A stretch of 64,000 nucleotides of DNA from Hydrolagus colliei (lineage: Eukaryota), in contig CM068742.1 of assembly GCA_035084275.1 (NCBI GenBank), forward strand, positions 142,042,001 through 142,106,000, read 5' to 3'. The position numbers and the translations under genes were made by a program. Below, one piece after another: positions 1-13,490 of this stretch (positions within the stretch are counted from its first letter, which is position 1; each line of letters opens with the position of its first letter). The notes below the pieces were generated by a model. That model had not been told where the DNA came from and did not search any database. It worked only from the letters and a program-made list of their open reading frames with translations.

Positions 1-508
1 AAAAAGACGTGCTAAGAAGCCTCATTTCAAGCCGCAACTGGTTAGCCGGATTCCTTGTAATTTAGCACCTCTCTGTTGTTACTATTAGTGGTTTTGCAAG
101 TCAGGCTTTAATTGCTTAGTCTTGGTTTCTTTCTGATTGCAGTTTATTTCTTTTCACAACTTTGTGAGAGAAGGGATTCTAGAGATGCTCTGGTTCTGTG
201 GGACTGTTTAGTTAAGGGAGTTCCTTCAGCTGTTAAATGGTCACTCGGTGCATAAAAGGTAGTCATGCACTAAATGCCTCTACATCAGCCAGCATTAGGC
301 TGTGTTTGATGTATTCTGTGTGAAATTGATTTAATTGATGAGTTTATTTGTGCCCTGATCAGGCTTCCCAGCGTTTCTTAGAGCTGAGTCAGACGCTGAC
401 ATAAAATGATGGTATTTGGCAACAGTGTTGGATTAGACCGTGTTCACAAGATCAGAACCATCTTACGGTATGGGGCAAATTGATCTGAAATCATAAGGGG
501 GGATGTCA

Positions 509-544
509 TTCAGTAAATTTAATCATTTCAGTAAATTTAATCAT
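509..544. repeat. Perfect 18 bp tandem duplication
   Basis: TTCAGTAAATTTAATCAT x2. Confidence 0.9.
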
Positions 545-975
545 TTTTGTTCAAGTATGTTTTGTTTTGTTTTTCTCTGTTAATCCAGACTATATAGCAC
601 ATAATAGACTTTCAATAAGGAGGTAAATGATCCATTAAAATGGATTTGCCAATTCGTGATAGGTCACAAATGCTTATTAGCTTTTCTTTCAGTAATCTTA
701 TAGCAGCATGTGGGGAAGGGAGGTCCTGCGTTCAGGACATTTTATACTGTGAAACGTTATAATGCATATCAGGACTTTGAACTCTCACAACCTAGGCTGA
801 CACTCCAATGCAGATTTTGAGGTGTGCTGCATTGTTGGAGGTCCCATCTGCATTTTTCAGGTGAACATTAAACACCCCATGCACTATTTGAGAAAAACAG
901 TGTGCAAATTGGCCAACACGTTTACCTAAAAAATACCTAAAAATACACTTTGAAATGTTCTCCTAACATGAAAGA

Positions 976-1098
976 TAATAATAATAATCCTTGCATTTGA
1001 TATAGCACTTTCTTGATGTCTCAAAGCGCTTCACAGAATATGCTGTAGAATGAATTGACTGTATATTTGTGGGCGAAACGCAGCAGCCAATTGTGCAA
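976..1098 (-). mobile_element. SINE A 3' fragment, representative of many 5'-truncated copies (e.g. ~3310, 5376, 6800, 8750, 12882, 18640, 21292, 24585, 32850, 40233, 63580)
   Basis: (AAT)n-ccttgcatttgatatagc...tctcaaagcgcttcacagaata...aattgactgtatatttgtgggcgaaa. Confidence 0.85.
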
Positions 1099-1179
1099 AG
1101 TTATTTCAAGTTCAAGGATTTGAGTTAAACAGCTAATTCTTAGATATTTATGCAGCATTGTACAAACATTAGAAAAGGA

Positions 1180-1480
1180 GGAATCCTGTATCTCAGTGGT
1201 TAGAGCACTCACCCTGCAAGCATGAGATCTTGTTTTGATTTCAAGCAGATTGAAATCATGGGCAGCTTTCCTTACTCCACACACCTGATAATAATCCTTC
1301 AAGAAAAAAAACAATAATAATTTGGTCACTCAATCCACAAAGTTTGTTGGGACACTGCTGTGCGCAATTGGCTGGCCGCATTTCGCCCCCAAAATATACA
1401 GTCAATTCACTTTACAGTGTGTTCTGTGAAGTACTCTGAACAATCTAGAAGATGTACATCAAATGCAAGGATTATTATAT
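1180..1480 (+). mobile_element. Young tRNA-derived SINE (family A), near full length
   Basis: A-box-like TCTCAGTGGTTAGAGC, Deu-like core gggacactgctgtgcgcaattggctg, tail caaatgcaagg(att)n. Confidence 0.85.
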
Positions 1481-2745
1481 CATTGGCAGATATGGGGTCA
1501 ATTTCCACATGTATATGGATGACACCCAAGTCTATCTTTCTACCTCTACCCTTGATTCCATGAACACTGCTGTCCTGACAGATTGTTTGGCAGATATCAA
1601 GACTAAGGCCCTTCTGATTGGCTCCCATCAGTGCCTCCAAACCTCAGGCACTAATAGCATCACCATCCATGGATGCACATTCCACCTTACTAAGCCAGTT
1701 ACAGAATCTTGGTGTCTTGTTTGATCATCAGCTATCCTTCCTACCCTACATCCGTGCCATGTCCCGCTCTGCCTTTCCCTACTTGCAACATCACCCAGCT
1801 CCACCACTGTCTCTCACCCTAGGCTGTGGAATCCCTCATCCACACATTCATCTTGTCCAGCCTCAACCATGGAAACTCTCTGCTTCTCCACCTCCCCAGT
1901 TCTTCTTTCCATAGGCTGCAGATCATCCAGAACTGTACAGCCCAGGCCCTCTCTCACACCAGGCTCCACGACCCCATCCACAACTGACTCTACTGGCTTC
2001 CCATCACACGGAGGATAACAATAAAAACAACAATGCACTTAAATAGCACCCTCCACACAGGGTAGTTTTTCAGATTGCTTAACAGTGGCGAATCCTGATT
2101 CCGAGCCAAGGAAATGGCAGAGGGATTGAGTTCCAGAGTTTTAGGGCATAATGGCAGAAAGCGTGACCTCTGATGGTGGGGCGGAGGGTGCGAGGGACAA
2201 GCCGGAGGCCGGTGTCAGTCGAGCGGAGATGCCAGATGGTGGATTGGGGAGTGAGGAGGGTGGAGAGGTAAGGAAGTGCCAGGGAGTGAATGGTTGAACA
2301 CGGGTTTAAGGATCTTGAAGTTGATCCATTCGGTGATGGGGTGCCAGTGGAGCCTGGCCAAAACTGGTGAGATGTTGGACGGAGTTTGGTTCAGGTCAGT
2401 ATGTGACAGCAGAGTTCTGAATCAGCTGGATCTTTCGAATGGTAGATGCAATTAAAGATCCTGGTCCTCACCTACAAAGCCCTCTATGGTATTGCTCCCC
2501 TCTACGTCATTCTAACCACTTACTGATCTGCCCTCTGCTCAGCAGGCTCCAACCTGTTTAACGTCCCTTGCTTGCTCCAACCTTGGCAGGCAGGCCTTCT
2601 GCCACTCTGCCCCCACCCTCTAGTACTCCATCCCACAGTCACTCTGCTTTGCCCCATCCCTTGCCTCCTTCAAGACGCATCTCAAGACCCTCCTCTTCAA
2701 TCATGCCTTCGGTCACCCACCTCCTGCCCCCAATCCTCCCCGATC
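1481..2745 (+). mobile_element. Degraded L2 (RT YxDD region onward), interrupted by an antisense L2
   Basis: GVNFHMYMDDTQVY motif. Sequence resumes at ~2449 (attaaagatcctggtcctc) where it stopped at ~2015 (ggaggat). Confidence 0.85.
2016..2448 (-). mobile_element. L2 3' fragment nested antisense inside another L2
   Basis: CAA-type tail at 2016-2034; reverse complement encodes QNSA...HWHPI...FKIL-like L2 sequence. Confidence 0.75.
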
Positions 2746-3819
2746 CAGAAGAGTGTTTGTATTAGGGGTGAGGGAGAGTGTAGAGGGAGAGAGACTGTAT
2801 TGGGGGAGGTGTAATCAGACGCAACAGATATGATTGGTGCCGTAGGACTCAAAACTGCAAAACTGATCCTGGTTTGAGTGTGAATAAAATGCCTGATAAA
2901 GCTACATATCAATGATATCACTCAGCCACACCACGTCTCCCATGTTTCAGAATGTATTATTGGAGTAGACCATTCAGCCTGAATGGATATTTTACTATAA
3001 ACCCGATACTGGGCTCCTTCACAGCCCACGCCCCTTTCTCCTCTGCAAGCTGTGTTCTAACCTGGTGTTAAACAGGCATAAATTCCTCAGCTTGTACTAT
3101 AGAGAGCTATACGAACGCTTTCTATTGAAGTTGAAGGAGCCCGCAGAGCCCTGAATCAAGCCAGCACTCCACCTTATACAGGACACAAACCAGGGTAGGA
3201 AACACACATGGAATATTTCATCCCTTTGGACTCTAACACAAACCTTACTTTGTGTCTGTGGAAATTATAATTTGCATTGTTCAAAGCCTCTCAGCTAATA
3301 ATAATGTAGTAATAATAATCCTTGCATTTGATATAGTGCCTTATCACATCTTCGAGAAGTCTCAAAGCGCTTCACAGAATGTACTGTAAAATGAATTGAC
3401 TGTATATATTTTGCGGACTAAACACAACAGCCAATTGCGCACAGCATTGTCCTACGAACAGTCGGAAGTCGGATTGAGTGACCAAATTATTATTATTTAT
3501 TTTGAAGGTGCTAAAGCCTGGAAGATAGACTTCTGTCCAGCAAAGGTATAGTAAAGCAATGCTGATTTACTTACACATTTGTATTTGTGAATATCTAACA
3601 ATCTTGGCATTTGATATGGTGATTTGTACGTTGCAAGTACATCTCAAAGGGTTTCACAAGAATCATCATAAAGTGTACTGTTTATTTTGTAGACTAATAA
3701 CTGTAGTTTAGTCAGTCAACTCGCTTGTCTGAACTAACTGTTATAAATGTTCTTTATTCATCTTAGCTGCAAAGGTATCAACAATCAATCATTAATTTGA
3801 AATGATAGTGTGCATTCCA

Positions 3820-4022
3820 CAATGCTTCACCTTGCCCCTTGCCTCCTTTAAGGCACACTCATACCTGGCTTTTCGACTGTGCCCTCAGCCGTCCTCCTAC
3901 CTCTCTACCCTCCCTCATCCCGTCCCTGCCCCCTCACATCAGGGGTCTGACCCCTGACTGTTCAGCGCCTTGAGACATCCACCCGACGTAAAAGGCGCTT
4001 TGCAAATGTAATTTTGTGGTTG
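3820..4022 (+). mobile_element. L2 3' tail fragment
   Basis: Terminal gcgccttgagacatcc...aaaggcgct...aatgtaattttg. Confidence 0.75.
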
Positions 4023-4924
4023 TATGTCTTTTCACTGCTTTTACAGAGAGGATGTTGTATGCAGTATGAAACACCATACTTATATGTATACACCTTCTGT
4101 ATACCTTTTTTCAAAGTTTCATTGCCAGTAGTCTCCAAGCTGAATTGCAATAAACACATTAGATATTTATTAGAGAGCTATGAAGCAAACCTGTGTGTTA
4201 AAAACACATAGAGATGCCATTGTCTGGATTATTATTGTCTGAAACTGTGCAAGTAATTTAAGTACTCTGAAGCAATGATGAGGGGCAATCACCTAAGTAC
4301 ATAGCATTTTTTTCTTACAAACATGTTAATATTTCAAAGCAACTCATCCACTGTGTGCTTCAAATAATCAAATGAGGCATTGGCTGATATTATTTCCCTA
4401 TATGATAGCAAAGAGTTCTGGTTTTTCAAAGCCAGTGGACTTTATTCCATATTGCAGTTACACTGCAAGGATGTCAGTCCGCAATAGTTGGTTGCATTCA
4501 TGTCTTAGCCAGAAGCTGTAACGTCAAGCCTGAAGTCGGGACATTGAAAGTACAAATCTAGGCTGATATTCCAATGCAGTGATAGGAGCTGTGCTGCATT
4601 GCTGGAGGTGCCATCCTTCGGATGAGACTTGCAACGGACGTCCCAGCTGCTGTTCCGGTTGAAGATACCATGTTAAAGATAATGTTGCACTATATGGAAT
4701 GTTGTCTTCCTGACAATCGATTCCCTATCGCACTTCATTATAACAGAGGAGACAACAGCAATTCATTGCATTTCCTTTAAAATATAAAGCCGCAAACCAA
4801 AAGTCGAGGCTGTTATGTTTAAAACAAAGTGCAAGTGGAAAAAGTCCTACAATTTTTACAATGAATTTCTGCTGACATTGACTGCCAAGGTTCACACATG
4901 AATAACAGCCACTTTGGAATTTTA

Positions 4925-5293
4925 GAAAATCAAGATTTTCGTCCTCACTTTCAAGACCTCCCTCCATGCATCAGGCTCTGGCCTGCTCCATGTCCCCCAC
5001 CCAACCTGCCCTACCATCGGTGGCCTGGCATTCAGCCTCTCTGCCCCCACTCTTTGGAACTCCATCCCACAATCCCTTCACCTTGCTCCCTGCTTTACCT
5101 CCTTCAAGGTCTGACTCAAGACTGTCCTGTTTGACTGTGCCTTCAGCAGCCCTCCCACCTCTCTGTACCCCCTCATCCCAACCCTGCCTCCACTCACTAT
5201 GCTCAGGTCCTGACCCCTTACTGTTCAGCTCCTTGGGACGTCCTCCCGACATAAAAGGCGCTCTACAAATGTAATTTTGTTGTAGTTGTTGTT
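4925..5293 (+). mobile_element. L2 3' fragment
   Basis: L2 C-terminal sequence plus terminal stem-loop and TTG tail. Confidence 0.85.
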
Positions 5294-7415
5294 TGGGTAA
5301 AATACCAGAGTTCCAGATGGAAACTAACCAGTCTCTTTCTTGCCTGGGTCATGGATTGCATTCAAGAGCAGATGTTAATAACAATAATAATCTTTGCATT
5401 TGATTTAGCGCCTTATCACATAATTGAGATGATTTATTGTAAAGTGTAGTAACTGTGGATTTGGGGGGAAAATTGTGGCAGCTCAGTTGCGCATAATAGT
5501 GTCCTACAAACAGCTGTGATTGAGCTACATATAATAATTATTATTATAATTTTTGGAGGGATTATTACCCACGGCCAATCGACTAACAATCAGGTGCTGT
5601 ACATTGATTTTTTCTGGGTGTCCCAAACTTGTTATCACAGCAACACTAAGGCTACTTGTAGTTCCCTCAATTCTGAGAGCATCTAACTCAGCAATGAACC
5701 TGGCGCCTATCTTTCTCAGCTTTTTTTCTTCCAAATACAATATTGCAAGTCACAAATGTCTCAACTTGAAAATAATGCCATCAGTGTCGTCCATTCTGAG
5801 CAGAGTTCCCATAAATTACAAATTCATATACCAAGACACTGCCCCATGCGAAGGGTGCAATATGAATACAAGTTGCTGTACTTTGTTCACTCAGTAAAAA
5901 TATACTGCCCTCTGTTTTGAAACATACCTTTTACATATTTTCTAGAAGACTTGATCTCAGTTTTGGAATGTAGATACAGCACAATAATATAATCTTTCCA
6001 TTTGATATAATTCCTTTCATGCCTGGAGGAGGTCTGAAAGTGCTTCACCAGACATAATGTAAACTGGAGTGTCTGTGTATTTTATGGTGAAGTTCCCCGC
6101 ATACCGTTTTTTTTGTGAGGAACCCAATAGAATGTGTTGTGAACCCACAATAGTAATAGGATATATTATTCACAGGATGTAACGAAAATACTGCTACTTA
6201 AGGGATTCAGTATAGATTTCTACCATTCATGTGGTTCAGTTCACATTACAATATGTTGTCATGCGGTAGCTCCACAGTTGTGAACGGGTCCAGGAACACA
6301 TATTTTTCCTCTCCATTGATCTTTGCAATGTTACAATTGAGATGTGTGGAATTTGTGTTGCATCAGCCAATTTTCAGAATACTGGAGTGAAATCAACAGC
6401 ATCAAGTTAGTGAATGTAGAAGTGTGGGTGGATGTGGTGTGCGTGTGATGTGTGCCGTGTGTGGGCGGGTATGCAAATACAAAAGATGCATCCCTTCTCC
6501 CTCACCAAATTCCACCTAGAGTTCCAGAAGTTCGGTGGGGTAGTGACTAAAGGCTAGGCCACCGTGAGGGAATGTATATTCACATGCAAGATGGTAGGAA
6601 TCAAATGGGATTTCACAATAAAGACTCAGAGGTGCAAATAGGATGACATCAGTCAGACTACACACACCTGCTTCAGTGCCATCCAATTCTGAGCGGAGTT
6701 CCCACAAATCACAAGTTCATATATTTCTTGTTACCAAAAAGTTAATATAGGCTTCTGAGGCACGAATTTTTGCCTCACCTTATGGTCTAAAATAATACAA
6801 AATATTTTGTCACTCAATCCAGGACTGATTGTGGGACACTGCTGTTGGCTGCTGCATTTCGCCCATAAAATATATGGTCAATTCCCTTTACAGTATATCC
6901 TGTGAAGCACGATTTGAGACAGCTCAATGACATGATAAGGTGCTACTGTATATCGATTGCAAGGATTATATTATTATATTGCCATAAATTTTAAGATTAT
7001 GCAGAACTGTAGAAAATTTAGTCTGAATTTGGAGGTCATTATTCTTAAAAAGGACTGGCTTCCAAATTAATATAGAATTTATTTTTAGCAATTTTGCATC
7101 AATTTAGATGTTCGGACTAAATTGTCCTTTACCAATAAATCCAGTTTGAAATTGTCCCATATTACATCACAGCGTTAGTCGTTATTCTAGTCCTTCTTTG
7201 TAGAATAAAAGACCACCACATGGCGGTGCATGTAACAACAACATATTTGTTTAATGCCCTTGTGTTTCAGATTAACAACTATTGTAACATACGTATGTAT
7301 AGTTATTTTTAAATGAAACTTTACTTCACTCCTGTTTTCTATTTAGTTTCTTCCAACAAAAACAATTTATAATCTTGTTTGTTACGTACTCAAAAATGGT
7401 GTGACCGAGCCTCTC

Positions 7416-7620
7416 AACAACAACAATAAATGATATTTGTATAGTGCCTTTCACATCAGGAGAACCCCCCCCCACCCATCCTCCGCAAAGCGCTGGATAG
7501 CCAGGGACATGGTGGTTCTGATCCGGAGTGGTGGAGGGTTCGGAGGGTAGGAGTGACGAAGGCATGGATGAAGAGGAGGGTCTTGAGACAGGTTTTGAAG
7601 GATGTAAAGGAGGTTTGAGG
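7416..7620 (-). mobile_element. L2 3' tail fragment
   Basis: (CAA)n followed by reverse complement of the L2 3' end. Confidence 0.75.
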
Positions 7621-9883
7621 TTGTGACTTTCAGTCCATGGCTCTTCCTTCTCCCCATCCCCCCCTAGCCCCCAGCACTACCACCATCAATACTCCTATGG
7701 CTCTGTTTTTATTGCAGAAGTCTTCTACGATCACACTGAGGTAATGAGATAGTCAATCAATATGCATACCGACAACCAGATATGACATCCCATCAAAGTG
7801 TGGATTTGATGAATGATGAGTAAAATAGACATTGTTAGCTATTGACATTTTCTTTGTAAAGAGAGCGACACTACCTTGTTCATCTACTTCTACCGCTCCC
7901 CAGCACTAACCACAGACATTACTATTTTGTACTCTCACACCTAATAGCTTCCATACTAACCAACGCAGAGGATTGAGGAACAATAGGGGGTTGCTTTCTC
8001 TTCAGAATAGTGCTTCGCTCCATTTCCCACAACAATGTTGAACCTTTGGCTGTTGGAATGTCTGAAAAGGATAATAGACCCTGATGAAGTCGTGCTTACA
8101 AAAGCCATAATTAGTTTGAGGTTGAGACTTGGAAGAGAGTGTAATACAGTCAGACTTCCGCAGGTTTTTCTCAGACAACAGAAAGAGCTCATGTCTTAGT
8201 AAGATCACTGCCATGGTTTTCATTATCACGTAAAGTTAATCAAAAACACTTTTACCTCGGGCTGCCCGCCAGACACAACAAGACACCTTATATACTGTGC
8301 CACATGAATACAGTGATTGGGAAAAGCCAGGGTTTGCTGTTCAGTCAGTGCTTTACATCCCAGATGCCTACAGGGGTTGAGTTGTATGGCTGCCTGGCTC
8401 CTCACCTCGCCTGCTACTGTTAGGAACTACTTTGTTCCATGAATTTATGGCCAGTCCTCCAGGCAGTCAAGATATCCCATCAAGCAACCACAAAGACCCT
8501 GCACATGCCGCAATTCAAAACGTTTCCGCCGGTCTGCTGAGAGTTTTTTTTTTGGTGGTTTTACACCCAAAACCGCTAAATATTCCCGCAAAGGAACTTT
8601 TAGAGAATCCGCTTAGTGAGCAAAGGGATAAGCGGCTCCCTGCCTCCTGGAAAAGTATCTACACAGAACACGGGGAGGTCTCTGCCCCCACTGGGAAGTA
8701 ATTATAATAATAATAATAATAATCCGTGTCACTGGGAAGTTGCAAGGGTTAATGATAATCCTTGCATTTCAATTAAATGCTGTATCACATCATCGAAACG
8801 TCTCAAAGCACTTCACTGTAAAACTAATTGATTGTATATTTTGTGGGTGAAACTTGGCAGCCAATTGCATCTAGCAGTGTCCCACAAACATTGATTGAGT
8901 GACCAAATTTTTTTGGGGTGGATTATTTCCTCCAGAGAGTGATCTGCAAATTCCCTGGCTACCAGGTTTTTACAAAATAAATTTAAAACTCTTCTTGAAC
9001 TGGGAAAGCATTTACTTTTTGCTGTTTTTCTCCTCAAGTTATCCAATTCTCTCTCTTCTTCATACGTCAACAAAAATACAGTCATTATACTTTTCAGCAT
9101 AATGTGATGTGCTTGAGATAATTTCTGACATGAAAGGTGTCATATCAAATACAAGGATTTTTTCTTACTAAGTAACTGCCACATACTGAGACACAAAACT
9201 GTACTAAGGATATTGGGCATACTGGGTACCTTTATCAAAGTAGTCTAAATGTCTCAGCTCGACCCTATTCTGATCCAACACCTCCACATATACCCCTCAA
9301 CTCCTTCCTCCAGTTTGGGTCCCCATCCAGCATTGTCAAGTGCCCAAAGTTTCTATATTCAATCAATCAAATCAATCAAAACTTACATTTATATAGCGCC
9401 TTTCACATCGAGAGGATGTCCCAAGGTGCTGTACAGTTAGGTAGGGACAAGAGCAGTGGGGGAGGGGTCGGGGTAAGACGAAGAAGAGTAGGAATATATA
9501 TACTGATATATATATGAGTAGGGATATATTAACTGCAAGGGATATCATTAAACAGTTTAAAACACAGAGTGTTCTCAATCCTCTATTTCTCATACCTCAC
9601 AGGGCTAATGGATTTTGTGTTGAACAGACATAAACCACTTCACATCAGGACTGAGTGAAAATCTAAGGATATGTCAACATGTATCCCTTCTTACACATTT
9701 GCACCACACCTGATAGATTCTCAAAAGTAGTTTTTCCCAATTTGCAAAATGAGCGATGTAGAACACAAGAACTCTTAACGGGGAAGATAAAGACGAAAAT
9801 AAATGTACATTTAGTTCATAGAATCAATAATATTTGTAAATAATTTCTGCCTAAAAATTCTTATATGATTTCCTATTTAAAAG

Positions 9884-10470
9884 GTGTCAGCCTGGCTCAG
9901 TTTATCACATTCTTGCTTCCGAGTTAGAAGTTTGTGGGTTCAAATTCCACATTAGAACTCACATAAATCCAGGCTGACGCTTATCGCTTTGTATTAGGTG
10001 TGCTTTATTGTCGGAGGTGTTGTGCTTCAGACAAGATTTTAAGTCAAGATGTTGTCTGCCTATTCAGGTGGATGTTAACATTCTATGACGCTATTAAAAA
10101 ATGAGGAGGAAGTATCACCCAATATCCTGGCCAAGTATCTGTCAAATAAAATTGGTCACTCACTTCTTGGCTGTTTCATAGAATCAAAGAATTATACAGA
10201 ACAGAAGGAGGTCATTTGGCCCATTGTGTCTGTGCCGGCTCTTTGAAAAGAGCTGTCTAAATTAATCCCATTTCCCTTCTCTTTCCCCATAGTCCTGCAA
10301 GCTTGTCCTCCCCTAAAAAGTATCTATTTGTGGAATCTTGCTGAGCACAAATTGACAGGCAGTTTCATCTACACAATACTGTCATTACAGTTTATAGTAA
10401 ATCCTAGGAAGTGCTTTGATGTGTCCTCCTGTTATGAACGGCACTTTTTCAAATGCAAGGATTAGTATTA
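9884..10470 (+). mobile_element. Old Deu-domain SINE split by a CR1 tail
   Basis: Same head and core as 22788; resumes at ~10327 (ttgtggaatcttgctg). Confidence 0.7.
10177..10326 (-). mobile_element. CR1 3' tail inserted in an old Deu-SINE
   Basis: catagaatc...acagaaggaggtcatttggccc...tgtgccggctctttg is the reverse complement of the CR1 3'UTR type at 49010-49080. Confidence 0.8.
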
Positions 10471-12794
10471 GGTGAAGGGAAAGAGCAGGAATTGCGATTA
10501 GGTCCAGTGGATGAGCTGCACAGGTTTGATAGGTCAAGTGATCTATATGTTATAAATTCTGGGATTTAAAAGAAGGTTAAAATAACACATCAGAATTTTC
10601 TGGAACCTGTATATCTGGCAAAAATAAACGATTGATAGTTTGTTACATTTAACAAATGGATAAAGCATTAATCTGATTAGAGTGGGACATTGAAGATAAT
10701 TAAATAGAAGCGTAGTTTATTCATCTGGAATTGGCAGCTCTGTGTTTGTTACTCCTTGACTATGATGTAATTTTGACCTATTTACTGTTGGTCTGTACCT
10801 CGGATTTTCAGAGCACTTTGCTTGCTTGTTATAGTGAATAGTGACATATTTAAAGACATATATATGACAGTTGTCAGAGCAAAATGTTAAAATAATAAAC
10901 ATATTTCATGCCCCCAAATATCTAAACATACATACACAAGTATGTACTGAACGTATTTAAAACAAATTCACAATGAGGAGGAAAATAGCCTGGATATGGA
11001 TTATTTTCTGATAAGTGTATCAACAAATTGATCAACGTCTCTATTCATGTATATTTCACATATATTTGAATTTCCCACTGTTCTGAAATAAAGCCGGTGT
11101 CCACATGTTAGCATCATTACATGCAGCGGCACATTGAAAAAAAAACTTTAAAAAGGAACTCTGTATCCATTGAAGCCTCTTTTCAATCCCTGTCAGTGAG
11201 TGTCACAAATATACAAGCTCCACTGCATATAGAGAAGCTCAGAACCTTTTTTTTATTTCCCGTTGTCCCAGGTATCCCCATACTGGCATCATTACATACA
11301 GTGGGGAATAAAAAAAAGCTAAAAGAACCCTCTTTGCCTCGCTGTATCCATCCGAGCCTCTGTTTGTTTCTGTCTCCCACTGATTGATAAATAGAGGCAA
11401 TTTAAAAAAAAACAATTTCCCCTGATCGATAATGCCAACATCAGATATACAGACATCAATTAAATAAGTCAGTAATTCAAATATAATACCTAGCTTGAAA
11501 TATTGGTACTGTACTGTATTTCTGATGAAAAATAGCTTAAAATCAAAATAAATACTTTGGTCTCGGGGAGGGGGTTGTGGGCCATTTTGCTCTTCCCCCT
11601 CCCTCAACCAGATCCAACCCTGTGGTAGAAAAACTCAGCGCTTTGGCGCAAATCATGTTGCATATAAACTTTTTCCCATGCTCATGTATGGATCATCTAA
11701 TTTCTGCTGTTCAGAAAGAAAATGTTGCTAACAAATGTCTTGTGTGAGTTTTTCTCCTAAGATCCATTATTAAAACTTTAATACTTTTTTTGTCTTATCT
11801 TCCTGTTTCCCCAGGTAGCTATAAGCAGTTAAATTTTTTAAAAATAACATTTACAATGGACAAGACCATCATTTTTGAGCAGTGAAACTAAGACCCTGTT
11901 TTTTTCCCTTATTTGTTCATCCACTAAGTCAGCTGTTTTGATCATTGGAGCATATGAAAGCACTGGGCTAGAATGTTCAAACCCAAGAAATAAGCCATTC
12001 TTATACAGGATGAAATCCAAATCCTGTTTTATTATGTTGTCAATGCACTGCAAGAGATTCAGTTCAGCTTGTTAACATGATAGCAGACAGATGAGGTGAA
12101 ATAAAAAAAAGTACTGGTCTGTGAAAGCCAAGTGAAGGGAAATTGAACAGTCCTCTCAGGTTGCTCAGGTGAGTCTCAAACCACAAGCTGAGACTCAGCC
12201 AATGGCCAAAGTGATGCAAGTTCCATTTGGCTACCCTGGACACTTTGACATTGTATCCAACTGTCTGCACAAAAGAGTAGATTTGCAGTGGCTTTTTGTA
12301 GGTACTCAAAACAATGAACAAAGACTTCTTTAAAAAAAGAGAGAGAAAAAAAGAAAGGTACAAAATATCAAAGGAAGAGAATGTGCACTTCACAAAGCTC
12401 TTAGAAACCCGCTTTCGCCATACTATATTGTACAGAATTTCCCCTGGTGAATGCTCCCAAATCAGAAACGCTCACACAATTTTTAGTTTTCTAACCTCTT
12501 TGACCACTTCATTTTCTTTAGCCTGAAATACTTATGTCTTCAATTCAGCTCATCAAGTTGGATAAGTTCCCTGGGGACTCAGGATGCAAAGTAAAGCTCT
12601 GTTCTGTAATTAGTTTCAGTAGTGCATTAGGAAATTTGATTTGCTTGTTTTTTTCCCGCAAACTTCAATGATTCTTTTTTAAAGTGTTGCCAAGCATATT
12701 TCATGGCTGTGTTAACTCTTTGAGGGTAACGTGGAGCCTGTTACCAGCTGCTCACCCGTTCAGAACCTGTGACATTTGTGTGTCTTTCATTTCA

Positions 12795-13490
12795 AACCTA
12801 AAACATGAAATGAATGGACTATTGAAACAAAATCAAGAACGTTGTGAAGTAAGCACTGTTCTGCAGTTCTATGTATTTCTTTAATAATAATGATAATCTT
12901 TGCTTGTGATGTAACGCCTTATCGTGTTCTTCGAGACGTCTCAAAGTGTTTCACAAAATATACTGTAAAGTGAATTGACTATATTTTGTGTGCAAAATAT
13001 TCCCCAAAGCAGCAATGGGTCTGAACTGGGGCAATTTCTAATGAGAATGCTCAAGAGATTCTGAGTAGCAATTCCAGTCAGTGCACAAGTCTGACCTGTG
13101 AAAACCCTAATGTAATTAAATCTACTCATGGATCATATTTCCCCAGGGTCAGCGGGGCATACTGTTACTAGAAGGAGATCCATATTATAATAATCGCAAT
13201 CCTTACATTTCATAAAGTATTTTTCACATAATTTGTCTTTTCAGTCCCTCTGTAATCTACAGGACTTTAAAAATCAATCACCTAACTACTGTATCACCTA
13301 ACCACAAGTTTGGCGTCATCTAACCATTGCTTGAACTGCTTGAACCTAAAATATAAAATGAATTGGCTGTATTGAAACACAGTCAAGAATGTTGTGAATT
13401 AAGCACTGTTCCGCAATTCTGTCTATTTCTTTAATATTCCCCAATAGAGCAATTGGGTCTAAAATGAGGCATTTTCAAATCAGATTAATA
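12795..13490 (+). repeat. Local direct duplication (~140 bp; copy 1 split by a SINE tail)
   Basis: aacctaaaa...tattgaaaca...tcaagaa.gttgtgaa.taagcactgtt...tatttctttaata|ttcccca occurs at ~12795 and ~13343. Confidence 0.8.
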
